Below are positions 1 through 13,128 of a stretch of DNA of 63,936 nt, in pieces. Under the pieces are notes generated by a model, which made no database searches, was not told the origin of the DNA, and was given only the letters and a program-made list of their open reading frames with translations. Origin of the DNA: Octopus bimaculoides (lineage: Eukaryota); NCBI RefSeq assembly GCF_001194135.2, contig NC_069006.1, positions 25,409,096-25,473,031 on the forward strand. Reading direction: 5' to 3'. A program made the position numbers and the translations under genes. Each line of letters begins with the position of its first letter. Positions within the stretch are counted from its first letter, which is position 1.

Positions 1-744
1 GGAAACAAGGAAAGTTCAAAGAAGGGAAAAACGGAGAAAGAAAACATCGCCACCGATGTCCACGAGGAAGGACCGGAAGAGGAAGTGGTGGAGGAAAAGT
101 TCTTTCTAAGACAGGAGAGTGAAAAAGGGATGTGAATATGTGTGCGTGCGCGAGGGTCTGCGTGTATATGTAATAACAGAACGTGTGTGTGCGTAGTTTG
201 GCTGTTTATTTGTTAGTGTGTGTGTGTGTGTGTGACGTAGTGGATATATATTTCTGCAACAAATGTAACGAAGAGACAAATGTTTATTTTCCGTTAATAA
301 ATTTCAAGACAAGATGTCGTTTTGTTATTTTTCTCCTAAAACTCTTGAAAGCAAATAAAAAAGAAACAACAACGTCCACTGCCATATTGTATATGCCATG
401 TATTTCAAAGATTGCTTCCAACATCGTCTGATTGTCCAGGGTTCTCCAATTTTAGATATTTATTCATTTATTTATTTATTTATTTATTTCTATGATGGCA
501 ATATTTATGGTTTTTAGAAATTTCCTATCAACTTTCGTGTTGTGAATAATGGCAAAATGTGAGAAATGATCGAAGAAAGAATGTGGCTTTGATTGTTCTT
601 TGTTGGAAAGAAGTTCGTAAGCCTTCATAAAAGATTTGGGAAGCAAACTTCTTACCACATAGCCTCATCTGTGCTTGTATGTATATATATATAAAAGTTG
701 TTGACTCTCTATATATTTCGTGTGTGTGTGTGTGTGTGTGCGTG

Positions 745-950
745 TTCGTGTTAACTCCAGGTCAAAACTGACTGAAGAAACTTATGGTGAAAGACTTTCC
801 AGTCGTGGCCATGGCCTCATTTTAAAACTCTCTCGGACTACATTATCTAATGTTAACCCTTTCTGTAAAGACTGCTGGCTGTTTGTGCAAGGGAGATTTA
901 GCTGCTATTTCTAGCAGATACAACGAGCAACGCGAGAGGCTTTTCTCTGC
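745..950 (+). mobile_element. Interspersed repeat family H fragment (SINE-like)
   Basis: ggtcaaaactgactga…gagatttagctgctatttctagcag; related sequence occurs inverted at 25165-25345 and as a fragment near 63065-63095. Confidence 0.5.
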
Positions 951-1099
951 TCTCTCGCTATAACGATGTGATTGTATTTAGGTGTGTGTGTGTATATTAT
1001 TGGTCGTGTGTGTTCGTGTGTTCGTGTACGAGTGTGGGTGCAGAACTATCATATCTCGTTTCCATGTCGTGAGTGAAACACCCAAAGTAACATTCTAAT

Positions 1100-2408
1100 G
1101 ACACATACTTACACACACACACACATACATGTATACACCTACACACACGCGCGCGCGGTCACGTACAGCTCCTCCTTCGTACATTGGTGAAAGACTCAGA
1201 TTGTTCACTCATACAGAGATACTATTACACTTACACACACAAACATACACACAGGTACTGTCACACGCTCACAGACACACACACACACACGTACACACAT
1301 ACACAAACATACTATTACATATACACAAATCTGCACTCACAGACACACACACACACACATGTACACACGCATACACAAGTTAACACAAACACGTACACAC
1401 AGACGTATTATTACATAGTCACACAGACACAGCAATATACTGTTACATACACAAATCTCCTTCACACACACATACTATTACATAGTCCCCCACACACACA
1501 CATCCTCTCTCTCTCCCTCCCTGCTGTGTCTGTGTGTGGTATATCCCCAATCTCCCTCCCTCTCTCTCTCTCTCCGTCTTTATGTCTTCTTCTCCACCAC
1601 CACCACCACCCCCGCTCCCATTAAAACCTGCTGACAAAACACCTCTTTTCTTCCGTTACACATGTTTAGTCTTCTTCTTCTTCGTTTCTCTTCTTCTTTT
1701 AAACCAAACACTAACCCTACTCCTCTTTCAGCCACTCACTCATTCACCGCCCTCCCTCTCATACCTTTCGTTCCTTAGTCTTTCTCCCCTTCTTCTTTTT
1801 TTACACTCATTCACATCGCTGCTCTCTACCTTATATATTCTTCACACACACTCACTCTCTCTCTCTCTCTCTTTCACACATTCATTCAATCATTTCCCCT
1901 TTACAACTTTTACACTTTCATCCTGCTTTTATCGTTTTTCTTTCACACATTCATTCAAATCGTTTCCCCATTACTTTTACACTTTTACTCTGCTTTTATA
2001 ATATATCTCTCCCCGTCTCTCTCTCTCTCTCTCTCTCTGACTCATTCATTCTTCATTTCTGCCTCTTTCACACTCGTCCCGTCTTCAAAACTCTCCCCCC
2101 CTCTCTCTCTCACACACCCTCACTAACTTTCTGACACTCTTTCACTTTCCCTCTCTTCCTTTCATTCTTTTCTTCTCTCCGTCTCCTTCTCATTCTTTTA
2201 TTCCTTTTTTTGCTCTCTCTCTCTCTCTCTCTCTCCCACACACTCCTTTTTTTCTCTCTTGTTTCTCCTTCACATTATCTTGTCCTTTCTCTTTAATTGT
2301 CACTCTCTCCTCTCCTTCTCACTTCTCTTTTCAGTCAATAGCCTGCTTTTTCATTCGTTTTTTCCTTCTCTACCTGATTTTCAATATCTATCTATCTATC
2401 TGCCTGTC

Positions 2409-2453
<45 letters not shown>

Positions 2454-2700
2454 ATCTATCTACCTATTTCTCTCTCTCTCTATCTATCTATCTGCCTGTC
2501 TGTTTTTCTCTTTCTCTATCTATGTATCTATCACTTCCTTTCCTTCCTCGCCCTACCCTTCCTATCAATCTCTTCCTTCCCTTCACCTTCCTCTTCCTGT
2601 CTAACTTTTCTCCTCTACTTTCACTTCCCCTTTTCCTCTCATACTCTCTTTTTCATTAAAAAAAAAAAAATTTTCTACTCTGTCTTCCTCGACAACCATA
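1100..2700. repeat. Compound (CA)n then (CT)n/pyrimidine-rich low-complexity tract
   Basis: Directly visible AC-rich then CT/CTAT-rich runs; explains the T/H/Y- and L/S/F-rich ORFs. Confidence 0.9.
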
Positions 2701-3084
2701 TCTGTAAAACTTTGCAGAAGTTTATCATTAAAATGTGCCGAGTCATTTCAGAATTAACAATCAAATGAAATAAAGGAAGAATGAGATTAACAAACAACAA
2801 CAAAAGACGACGCGCACAAGAAATATATTTGTTTGATTCTCAGTAAAAAGAGAGATTTTGACGTTTTTAGCATAGGTCTTCATCAGAAAGAGGAAAAGAA
2901 ATCGTAGTTACATTTTGATCATAGAATTTGTTCCAGAACTATCCGGGAAGATAGCATTATGCACAACGTATATAAATTTATAACCCTTCAGTTTCTAACA
3001 CACGAAACCCTCGGCCCTTGAGTCACTCTAGTATTTCTTACATATTACTTTGATCACCTTGGTCTCCTTGACCGATCGGACTGT

Positions 3085-3420
3085 TGGGTGTTGTTTTGAC
3101 ACTGCTGACCATCGCATGCCGTCCATTCCTCTCTGGATGGATCCTACCTTCCTCATCCGTGTAGCTCCAGAAGCTTGTCTTATTTCGTCAACCCACTGTT
3201 TTGGAGGCCTTTCGAGCGGCCTCTTCTGCTTGCAGATATCACTCGACAACTGTGTCAGTCCACTGATTGTCGGCAAACTGAGAGTCATGTCCGACTCATC
3301 TCAACTACTCTGCCTTCTGTATTCTGTGGTAATGTCCCTCACGCCAGATTTCTCTCTGACTGCTTCACTCCAGATGTGTTCTTTCATCAACACTCCCACC
3401 ACCGATCTTTCCACAGTTTT
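3085..3420 (-). mobile_element. RTE-clade LINE 3' fragment (decayed)
   Basis: Minus translation ERSVVGVLMKEHIWSEAVREKSGVRDI…KRPLERPPKQWVDEIRQASGATRMR matches the RTE ORF2 C-terminus pattern (ERxMLG…NEEIR…GVxD…GRPPxRWxD). Contains stops and frameshifts; truncated by a gap. Confidence 0.75.
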
Positions 3421-4009
3421 NNNNNNNNNNNNNNNNNNNNNNNNNNNNNNNNNNNNNNNNNNNNNNNNNNNNNNNNNNNNNNNNNNNNNNNNNNNNNNNN
3501 NNNNNNNNNNNNNNNNNNNNNNNNNNNNNNNNNNNNNNNNNNNNNNNNNNNNNNNNNNNNNNNNNNNNNNNNNNNNNNNNNNNNNNNNNNNNNNNNNNNN
3601 NNNNNNNNNNNNNNNNNNNNNNNNNNNNNNNNNNNNNNNNNNNNNNNNNNNNNNNNNNNNNNNNNNNNNNNNNNNNNNNNNNNNNNNNNNNNNNNNNNNN
3701 NNNNNNNNNNNNNNNNNNNNNNNNNNNNNNNNNNNNNNNNNNNNNNNNNNNNNNNNNNNNNNNNNNNNNNNNNNNNNNNNNNNNNNNNNNNNNNNNNNNN
3801 NNNNNNNNNNNNNNNNNNNNNNNNNNNNNNNNNNNNNNNNNNNNNNNNNNNNNNNNNNNNNNNNNNNNNNNNNNNNNNNNNNNNNNNNNNNNNNNNNNNN
3901 NNNNNNNNNNNNNNNNNNNNNNNNNNNNNNNNNNNNNNNNNNNNNNNNNNNNNNNNNNNNNNNNNNNNNNNNNNNNNNNNNNNNNNNNNNNNNNNNNNNN
4001 NNNNNNNNN
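3421..4009. other. Assembly gap (N). Other gaps: 10418-10503, 14111-14354, 20398-20754, 23418-23427, 24726-25038, 28649-29149, 41047-41625, 44174-44376, 59356-59365, 61144-61965
   Basis: Runs of n; most abut microsatellites or SINEs. Confidence 1.
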
Positions 4010-4714
4010 ATGTGTATATATATATAGAGAGAGAGAGAGAGAGTGAAAGACGCACAAACACAGAAACACGCATACGCACACACACACACACACACATATA
4101 TATATCACATATACATACACTATTTGTGTATCAATCTATCTACAAACGTTTGTGTATGTATCTGTGTGTTGAGAGCGAGAGACAAACAGACAGAGAGAGG
4201 GGAGTTGTAACTTAACCCAATACATACTACACACACACACATATATACACGCGTGCGCGCTAATTACTATTTGTTAGTGTAAGGAGCGATGACAAGGTGG
4301 GAGGCGAAGGTGAAGAAGGAGGAATAGGAGGAGGAGGAGGAGGTGGTGATGATGATAACTGGTTAAAGATTTCCACATGACTTCTTGCCTTTTAGCAGAC
4401 ATCGTCAGATAACCGAGGTCCTTCAGGGCGAATGTGTTTCCATTAAAAGCCTCTTGCCTCTCTGTCAATGACCCTTCACCCCTTCCCCTGTCGCTATCAG
4501 TGACACAATTACCCTCTCCCTTATACACCTTACGACTCTTTTGCTTGTACCCCCCCCCTAATAATAATCAACGCGGTGATGAACAGATAACAAAAATAAC
4601 ATCGGACAGAGCACGGCCCACCCTCACGACATACGCTCACGACGCACACACAAACATGCATGCTAACATAAGAATTAGTGGGATACAAGAGTCCCAAAAT
4701 ATTATTTTCTACCC

Positions 4715-4849
4715 CAGGCACAAGGCCCGAAGTTTTTGGAGGAGGGAGCCAATCGATTAGATCGACCCCGTACGCAACTGGTACTTGATTTATCGACTTC
4801 GAAAGGATGAAAGGCAAAGTCGACCTCGGCTGAATTTGAACTCAGAACA
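4715..4849 (-). mobile_element. tRNA-derived SINE family B (partial)
   Basis: Reverse complement of B-box gagttcaaatt, then gaggtcgactttgcctttcatcctttcg…aagtaccagttg, shared with more than 10 other copies. Confidence 0.85.
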
Positions 4850-4857
4850 TTTATTTG

Positions 4858-5157
4858 GTAAAATAACTTTGTCATAATTAGAACGGTGTTTGGAATATAA
4901 ATTAACCTGAAATTTTGATGGAAGGTTTTAATTTAGATCACTTTAACTCTTTTGTTACCATATTTCTACTGAAATACACTGCATTTGTTTCAATTACTTT
5001 AAAAAATAATGAAGAATTTCGTAAAATATAACCAAAATTATTAAGCTGGAGATTGGAACATATATCAACGTGAAATTCTGATGGAAGGTTTCAATTTAGA
5101 TCCCTTTAAAACAACAAGTTTGTATCAGAGAATCAGGAACAGTCTAAAAGGGGTTAA
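4858..5157 (+). mobile_element. piggyBac-type MITE (TTAA-CCC…GGG-TTAA), head-to-tail doublet
   Basis: Ends in gggttaa (5151-5157); internal restart ttaactcttttgttaccatatttc at 4943. Homologues at 48010-48243 (-) and 49896-50110 (+). Confidence 0.6.
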
Positions 5158-5183
5158 AGCATGGAACAAAAATAAAGTGCCTT

Positions 5184-5300
5184 GTGGTATTTGTTCTGGC
5201 TTTCTTCATTCTGAGTTCAAAACCATATGAGGGTTAATTTTGCCCTTCATCCTTTAAAGGGTCAATAAAATAAAATACTAGTCTCTGGGTTTCGATAGAA
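5184..5300 (+). mobile_element. SINE family B, diverged
   Basis: ttctgagttcaaa…ttttgcccttcatcctttaaagggtcaataaaataaaatactag. Confidence 0.65.
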
Positions 5301-5513
5301 TTATTAAAGCATTAAATATTCTCTTGCTTTTTCTTCTAATCCATTTCGATATCATTTCTTTCTCCTTTACTCCAATTCCCCTCCTTGGTCACTCTCCGTA
5401 CTTACAAGATGCATTCCAGAGAAGTTTAGGGGTTTTTACAGGAGAGATCTATTTCACACAGGTACAAAACTCTAAATCTCCTTCAAAGTTAAATCTGACA
5501 AAGTGTCAGTATT

Positions 5514-5830
5514 CATCATCATCATCATTTAACGTCCGTTGTCCATGCTGGCATGGGTTGGACAGTTTGACCAGGACTGGCAAGCTGGAAGGCTGCACCA
5601 GACTCCAGTCTGATTTGGCATCATTTTCTACGGCTGGATGCCCTTCCTAGCACCAGCCACTCCGAGAGTGCAATGGGTGCTTTCCCATGACACTGGTATC
5701 TGCCATGACTGCGATTTTACTTGGCTTCATGGGTCTTCTTCTCAAGCACAGCATAATGCCAAAGGTCTTGGTCATTGCCTTGGTGAGGCCCAACACTCGA
5801 AAGGAACTCAACCACTTTGCCTCCATGAGA
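5514..5830 (-). mobile_element. SINE/LINE-tail family D (ends ggacgttaaatgatgatg)
   Basis: Reverse complement of gaagggcatccagccgtagaaa…ccagcatggacaacggacgttaaa(tga)n; same tail at 16545-16838, 17830-17998 and 60515-60725. Confidence 0.8.
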
Positions 5831-6439
5831 TATAGTTTTACCTAGGCCAGTCCAGTGGCTTTTTTCCATATGTGTGTGTGTGTGTGTGAGTGTATAATTG
5901 TATTATTTTCAATGCCCATGTGTACTTTTAGAGAGAGAGAGAGAGAGACGAAGAAGAGCGAGGTGATGTTGAAGTAGATATCACCAGTGAAAAGACTAAG
6001 CTCCGACTGCTTATATTACATATAAATACTTGCTAATTATTGACAAAACATACAAAACGTGACACCGGCACCGGCACCACCCTCGACACCGCCACCACCT
6101 CCACCATATTTATATTTATTAAGGTTTTCAGTTTTAAAAGCAAATGTTTCTCATTCAATCAATGTTATTTTAAACTATATATATACATTTTTCACCTTTC
6201 TTTTTTCCCCTTCACATTGCAGTTATCAATATTAATATTATTATTATCGTTATTATTATTATTATTATTATTGTTGTTGTTGTTGTTATTATTATTGGTA
6301 TTGTTATTCGCTTATTTGTTTTATTAACTCTTTTGCAACCACAACTCGTAGAATAATTCTATTGGAATTCAGAAATATAACGGACTTAATCAATATCAAA
6401 AACCACCGTTTCTTAGCCAAGAATTTCTTCACTTGACAT

Positions 6440-6900
6440 TTTCTACATTTCTAAAGATTCTTCCTCTCTTTCACTCTCTCTCCCACACGCTCATTTACTC
6501 TCTCTCTCTCTCTCTCTCTCCTACACACACTTATTCTATCTTTCTCTCTCTCTCCCTTTTTACTCACTCTTTATGTTGTTCACTCTCTCTCTCCTTCTCC
6601 CACTCTCTCTCTTTTTACTCTTCCTGTTGTTCATTCTCTCTTTCCCTCTCCCACTCTTTCTCACTGTCTCTGTCTCTCCTACACACACTCTCTCTCTCTC
6701 TTCCAAACACTCTCTTTCATGCTACCCACAATCTCTTTTTCCTCTCTCCCTCTTTCTCACCTACAAAATCTCTCTTTTTCCTCTCTTTCTCTCTTTCTCA
6801 CCTACACAATCTTTTCCCTTCTCTCTCTCTCTCTCCCTTTCTCTACCTCTCTACATTCATCTCATTATACACACACAAACACACACACACACACATAATA
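6440..6900. repeat. (CT)n-rich low-complexity tract
   Basis: Directly visible. Confidence 0.9.
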
Positions 6901-7139
6901 TATATAATAACATTATTTTTTAAATAGTTTTCTCTTTTCCTTGCCAGTTTTCCTCCTGTTATTCTTCTATTTGTTGCTGCTGCTGCTGCTGCTGTTGTTG
7001 TTGTTATTCCTGTCTTTGAGGCTTACTTTATTGACTATCTTTTAATATGGTAAAAAGTTCCAAACAGATAGGAATTCCTTTGATGTGTTCAATGTCTTTG
7101 AAATCAGATCAGTCGTAATACAGCGTTCAATTGACATTT

Positions 7140-7218
7140 ACCTAACGCTTACACACACACATACTAACACACTGACACACAGATATATGTATATGTATGT
7201 GTGTATGTAGGTACACGT

Positions 7219-7249
<31 letters not shown>

Positions 7250-7346
7250 GTGTGTACGTGGAGGGTGTATGTGTGTGTATGTATGTATACATATCTATAT
7301 ATATATATAGATAGATATGTATATTTATGTATCTATATGTATGATG

Positions 7347-7381
<35 letters not shown>

Positions 7382-7600
7382 GATATATATGTATGTGTAT
7401 ATATATATGTAGATATATAAATGTATGTGTATGTACATGTGTGTATATATGTGTATATATGTATGTAAGTATACATAAATTTGTATATATATGTGTGTGT
7501 ATATATGTATATGTGTGTCTGACTGTCTATATAAATGTATGTGTATATGTGTATGTGTTTCTGTATGTGTGTGTGTGTATGTTTGTATTTGTGTGTGTGT
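7140..7600. repeat. (TA)n/(TG)n/(TATG)n compound microsatellite
   Basis: Directly visible. Confidence 0.9.
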
Positions 7601-8279
7601 GTAGGGAGTTAGAACTTTCACTCTATTGACATTAGCAAATACCAAATGCTCCTCATGGCCAAGGAACTAAAAAAAAACGGTTTTGGATATCGGTGGAAAC
7701 AGGAGAACATTGTAAAATAATTCTTAATTGACAGACCATATGGTGCCAAAGTTGCCATAAACCATAATGCCACAAAACAAATTCTGAAACTTGGTTCTCT
7801 CTTCATCATCAGACTTTTTAAGCCACAGTTTTTTTATTTGGACGTTAACACTTGTCTTTTGACAACAAACATTTTAGTGGGGGTGTTTGTTATTGTTGCT
7901 GTTGTTGTTTAGCTTGTAGCAAATACATACACAAGGATACACACATAGATATATACATACATACTTATATATATATATATGAGCAGAGGTGGGTGGGGGT
8001 GGAGGAGGAGGAGCAGATTGGAGGAGGTAGCAAAAGAAGGCACAGCCACCAATTGTGAAGGCAGAGGGGAAAGAAATCCATCAGAAGTGAACAAATGTTG
8101 AGAAATTAATTTGTTTTAATAATGTCAGATAATTAGTTTAATATTAGAAATATAAGGAGTGAAATATGGTAAGGAAACGGTCAAAGGAATATGCCATTAT
8201 TGGCTGCGTCGATGGTGCTTTAAATGGATTACTTTTCTATACGGATCCATCGATCCCACTTGACTTCATTCTGTGATTC

Positions 8280-8860
8280 TCCAAAATGTCTTCATCCAAG
8301 AATGAAAACGATGTTGATGAATGACGATGAATTATCGAATGATGACAATAACCAACACCGTGTCAACGTAGAGGAATAGAATCACATGTATGAGATTGTG
8401 TGGTCACATGTAGTGACGCCTCTCAGAATGGCAGAGACTTGGAGATAATAATTCTTTTCACAAAAGGCAGAGAGAATACGATGGATCCAAACCAATTCAG
8501 AAAATATAATTATCAGAAATATAATTATCAGAAACAGCTTTATCCTTATCGGGATCAAATGATAGTTAGTGTAACAGAATGGTTTTATATAATTGGCCGA
8601 TTCCAGGGAGATCTTTTATCACAATTAATAGAAGTTTTGTACGATCTAACAGCCGTTTAGATTTGAAGAAATAAAATGAAACAGAGGAGATGGGATTTGT
8701 AACACAGAATTTTGTATTCTGTAGCTCGAAGGTAAGGAGTACATAAAACGAAGTGAGTTCAGAAGACTACATGTGATATGTAAAGAATGACAGCGCTATT
8801 GCTAGAGGCATTTGGTAAATGCCTATCTTGGAAGCGCACAATGAAAGCCAAACCATTTAA
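8280..8860 (+). mobile_element. Possible heavily decayed piggyBac-like transposase relic
   Basis: Acidic start (MSSSKNENDVDE), RFEEIK (cf. piggyBac MSRNRFEEI) near 8660, and a Cys-pattern relic CKE*QRYC near 8780. Many stops; weak motif-level match only. Confidence 0.25.
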
Positions 8861-9606
8861 ATGTGTAACGTTGACAATGAAAGTTATGCCAGATACTTAA
8901 TTGGTCTTGTGTTTGTGACTGTTTACGCTGTGAGCTATTTCCAAGAATATATAGTGACGCTAAATTTCTGATTTCCTATCAGTACATCAGTGATTCAACA
9001 TGAAACTGTTTGTACAGTCAACTCGAGAGCGGCGGCGGCGGTTTGCGTTTTTGTTTTGTGCTTGCGGTGCACTTCACAGCAAATGAATATATTTTGGTGC
9101 ACCTTGGGCAGAAAATAAAAACGTAAACGAAAACAACAAAAATTAAGCAAAAATGTTTTAAAGTGTATTTATATATTTTGGTTTAAAATACGCATTATTT
9201 AAACTCCAGAAAATTATTAATTAATTATATTCTTCTTTATTTAATTATTATATGTGTACTTGTTCGTTTAATAGATGAAACCTAATTATCAACATATTAA
9301 AATTGTTTTAGTTTATTTTCTCTCTTTCTCTTCTTAATTGTCTGTCTCTCTCTTGTCTATCTCTCTGTCTATCTTCCTTTTTCTCTCTCTCTGCCTCTCT
9401 CTTTTTCTCTCACTCTGTCTTTTCCTTAGTCACTGTCTCTCTATATCTCTCTCTGTTTTTCTTTTTCTCTTGTGTGTGTGTCTATCACTATCAATTCCTC
9501 TTTATCTATCTACCAATCAATCTATCTAGCTGTCTTTCTCTCTCTTTCCTTCTGTCTGTGTTTGCCTCTCTTTCTCTCTCTCTCTCTCTTTCTCAGTTTA
9601 CTTGTA

Positions 9607-9786
9607 CAGGATGAGGATCAGTTAATTATGATTTCATTCAAAATATTCCCCTCCTCTCAGATTCACACACTTATTGCAGGGGTCCTTCAGTTTTTCTAAG
9701 CCCTGTAAAAGAACTCGGAAGGTTGGGCCTTCAACCGGGCCTTTCATGAAAACCTTAAAGCTGGGAACTTTTCAACAACCTCCCTC
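9607..9786 (+). mobile_element. Short non-autonomous DNA element (Tc1/mariner-type MITE), copy 1
   Basis: TA-cagg start; ~180 bp shared with 50995-51173 (+) and 34496-34669 (-). Confidence 0.65.
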
Positions 9787-9807
9787 GGACAGATATATAT
9801 ATATATG

Positions 9808-10240
9808 TTCTTTTATTCTTTTACTTGTTTCAGTCATTTGACTGTGGCCATGCTGGAGCACCACCTTTAGTCGAGCAAATCGACCCCAGGAATTATTCTT
9901 TGTAAGCCTAGCACTTATTCTATCGGTCTCACACCAACATCGGTTGTCAAGCGATGTTGGGGGGGGGGGGACAAACATTCACAAGGCTTTGATTATTTAT
10001 TATTTTATAATAGCCTTTATTTATTCATTTATAAAATAAATCTAATTTTGTACCTCTATAAATTCATATTTAGTTTATATATAACAATACCGGGATCTTC
10101 ACAACTTAAAATAAACTGCTTAGATTATAATCTAATTAATATATCGTTAGCATGTTTTTTTGCCTCTGTACTCCTTTATTAAGTACCAGTAAATGCCAAT
10201 TGGTCAATTTTTATAGATACCATCTGATAAGTTAGTATTT

Positions 10241-10273
<33 letters not shown>

Positions 10274-10334
10274 TGAGGAGCCACACAGTGGGATTGAGCC
10301 TGGAACTGTGTGGTTGGGAAGCAAACTTCTTACC
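9808..10334 (-). mobile_element. SINE family A, split (3' part 9808-9991; head 10279-10334)
   Basis: Reverse complement of ggtgctccagcatggccacagtcaaatgactgaaacaagtaaaaga tail and of gtaagaagtttgcttcccaaccacac head. Confidence 0.8.
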
Positions 10335-11008
10335 GTGCAGGCATGCCTACACATTTATAGATATATATAGTTGATGATGATGATGATATATGTACATGAA
10401 GATACAGGTCAATATATNNNNNNNNNNNNNNNNNNNNNNNNNNNNNNNNNNNNNNNNNNNNNNNNNNNNNNNNNNNNNNNNNNNNNNNNNNNNNNNNNNN
10501 NNNTATATATATATATATATTATATATATATATTGCATTGTGTTTATATATGTAACATAATAACACAATAATGAAAGAACAGTTACAATAAACAAAAAGT
10601 CAAGCTGGAAAAATGTCTATCTGCTTTTTGTTGTGTTTTTGTTGATTGTGTGTTCTAACGTGATTTCCCATGAGGCTTTGCAACAAATGAAATATGGCCT
10701 CCTCTGATTCACAAGTTCAGATGTAAATCTCTTCGCAAAATATTAAAATGATGGCTGATCTAAAACAATCATTTTAGCAGCTTGTCAGTTTAGATATCAA
10801 ACAATAATATTGGTTCGGCTATTGATAAGGAACGAGAAAAATCTCTGTTCCACCCTCACCACCATCACCATCACCACACACACAAACACACACGCACCTT
10901 CTGGAACATTCTGGAAAGTGATATTTGAAATGATATCCAATTATTCTCATTCAGGTTTATCTCCATCTCTTCCATATACATACGCATATATATATACATA
11001 TACATATG

Positions 11009-11057
<49 letters not shown>

Positions 11058-11092
11058 TTGTATTTGTGGGTGTGCGTATTTATTTATATATA

Positions 11093-11146
<54 letters not shown>

Positions 11147-11855
11147 TTCTGGTGCTTATCTCCTTCACTTCATTTATATCTCTCACTTCACCTTCAATAC
11201 AATTCTTGTACAAATTCTGTGATTTTCTCGTAGCTGTAACATATCCATGTTTTCTTTTTTTCCTTCTCACTTTTCTGTTGCAACACATCTCTCAGTTTGT
11301 TAATATAATTTCTTACTTACCTATCTGCTCACCCACCTACCCACCAACCTACCCACCTGTTTCTATCCATCCATCCATTCACCCACCCATCCTACCGATA
11401 TGTTTGTAGTCTTATTTTCTCTCCCTACATGTTTTCTCTATCTGACTGCTCCGTTAAACAACTCCTTCTCCATCATTCCTCCATCAATAAAACTATTTTC
11501 CTTGCTTTATACATGTTTGTCTCACTGAGTAAATATTAATCTTATCGTCCTATCTATTCTCCATCCATGTCCTACATCAAATGGCCCTCCATGGATCTCG
11601 CATGTCCCTCACTCACACCCTCTCTCATACATATTTTACACACACACACACACTAATAGACACATGCTTACATGCATATATACACACACGTGTGTGCATG
11701 CATATGTATACTCACACACACACACACACATAAAAACACACATGTATACATCTATGCACAGGCACATACACATGCACACATATATATACATACAGACACA
11801 CACATATATATATATATATACACAGACACACACACACACACATATATATATATAG

Positions 11856-12014
11856 GATGGGCTTCTTTCAGTTTCCATCTACCAAATCCACTCACAAGGC
11901 TTTGGTCGGGTCCGAGGCTATAGTAGAAGTCACTTGCCCAAGGTGCCATGCAGTGGGACTGAACCTGGAACCATGTGGTTGAGAAGCCCTTTACCACCCA
12001 GCCACTCCTGTGCC
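11856..12014 (-). mobile_element. SINE family A, 5' half
   Basis: Reverse complement of tRNA-like head (tggctgggtggtaa…ggttcagtcccactgc) plus ccttgggcaagt. Confidence 0.9.
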
Positions 12015-12644
12015 TGTCATCACCATTCTCTATCTCCCCCCACCCCGTTTCATCAACCTCATCCTCCAGCACTGCCATCTCTGCTCCATTCACACCTCTC
12101 TCCTTATTTTATACTCTCCCTTCTCCTCCCTTCCATTCCTCCCACCCCTCTCTCATGTTTCTTCATGTTTCTCTCTACATTCTCTCCCCCCACCACCCCT
12201 TTATTTTCTCATGGCTTCCATTCCCCACCCTCCCACTGGACACAACCTCTCCACAGTTTAATACATCTCTTCTTTCTTTCTTTCTTTCTTTCTTCCCCTC
12301 TTTAATTTACAAATTTGTAAATCTAATCTCGGTCTTTCAACCATGAAACAATTGATGAAAAATCAATCACACACAAACACATGTGCACACATGCAGTCAT
12401 GCACATACAAACATGTGTGTGCACACATGCACATACACGAACACGCAGACACAGACACACACACACGAACACGCAGACACACACATGCCTATGTACACAG
12501 AGACGCACACACTTCCCATCGCCATCATTGTCATGGTTTCCATCTTCACTCGGATCAGACAAACTTCATTCGGCCAGATGCTTCTCCTCTTGCTCCAACC
12601 CTGTTTCCAAGCAAGATAATATTTCCCTTCTTCTCCAAGTTGTG

Positions 12645-12895
12645 CACTGGGCAGAATCATTAGCCTGCCAGGCAAAATCCTTACTCACTTTCATCCATCT
12701 TGACATTCTGAGTTCAAATCCTGTTGAGGTCGTCTTTACCTTTTATCCTTTCAGGGTCACTAAAATAGGCAACACTTGAATATTTGCTGTAGGCCATCTT
12801 TTATACCAAGACAAAACAATGTCCATGATAACACTTCCAATCAGTTAGGATGAGAAGTCATGAGAGCCACTGCCTGGTACTGCATCAGGGCATTT
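12645..12895 (+). mobile_element. SINE family B variant with a different 3' tail
   Basis: B-type head (ggcagaatcattagc…ttctgagttcaaatcc) joined to tail gataacacttccaatcagtt…ctggtactgcatcagggca, then (TTA)n. Confidence 0.7.
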
Positions 12896-13019
12896 TTTAT
12901 TATTATTATTATTATTATTGTTGTTCAACATTTGGTAGTTTCAGGTAAATTCCTATTACGCCACCTGCTACACGTCATTGTTGCTACTCACACCTACCCT
13001 ACAATGTCTTTCTAAAAAA

Positions 13020-13128
13020 AAAACGATCACATCATTGAAATCTCAAAGCTATGAGATAATTCAGGATTAATTGAAAACAATGTGAATAAATAAGGATTAC
13101 ATTCAACAGAGTAATCTGTCAGAATAAT
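13020..13128 (-). mobile_element. AT-rich MITE fragment
   Basis: catcattgaaatctcaaagctatgagata is repeated at 27275-27306. Confidence 0.5.

Noticed and set aside
3050-4215. ORFs of 230-390 aa spanning N runs (also 14 kb, 20 kb, 28-29 kb, 41 kb, 44 kb, 61 kb)
   Set aside because: Length comes from X codons in gaps.
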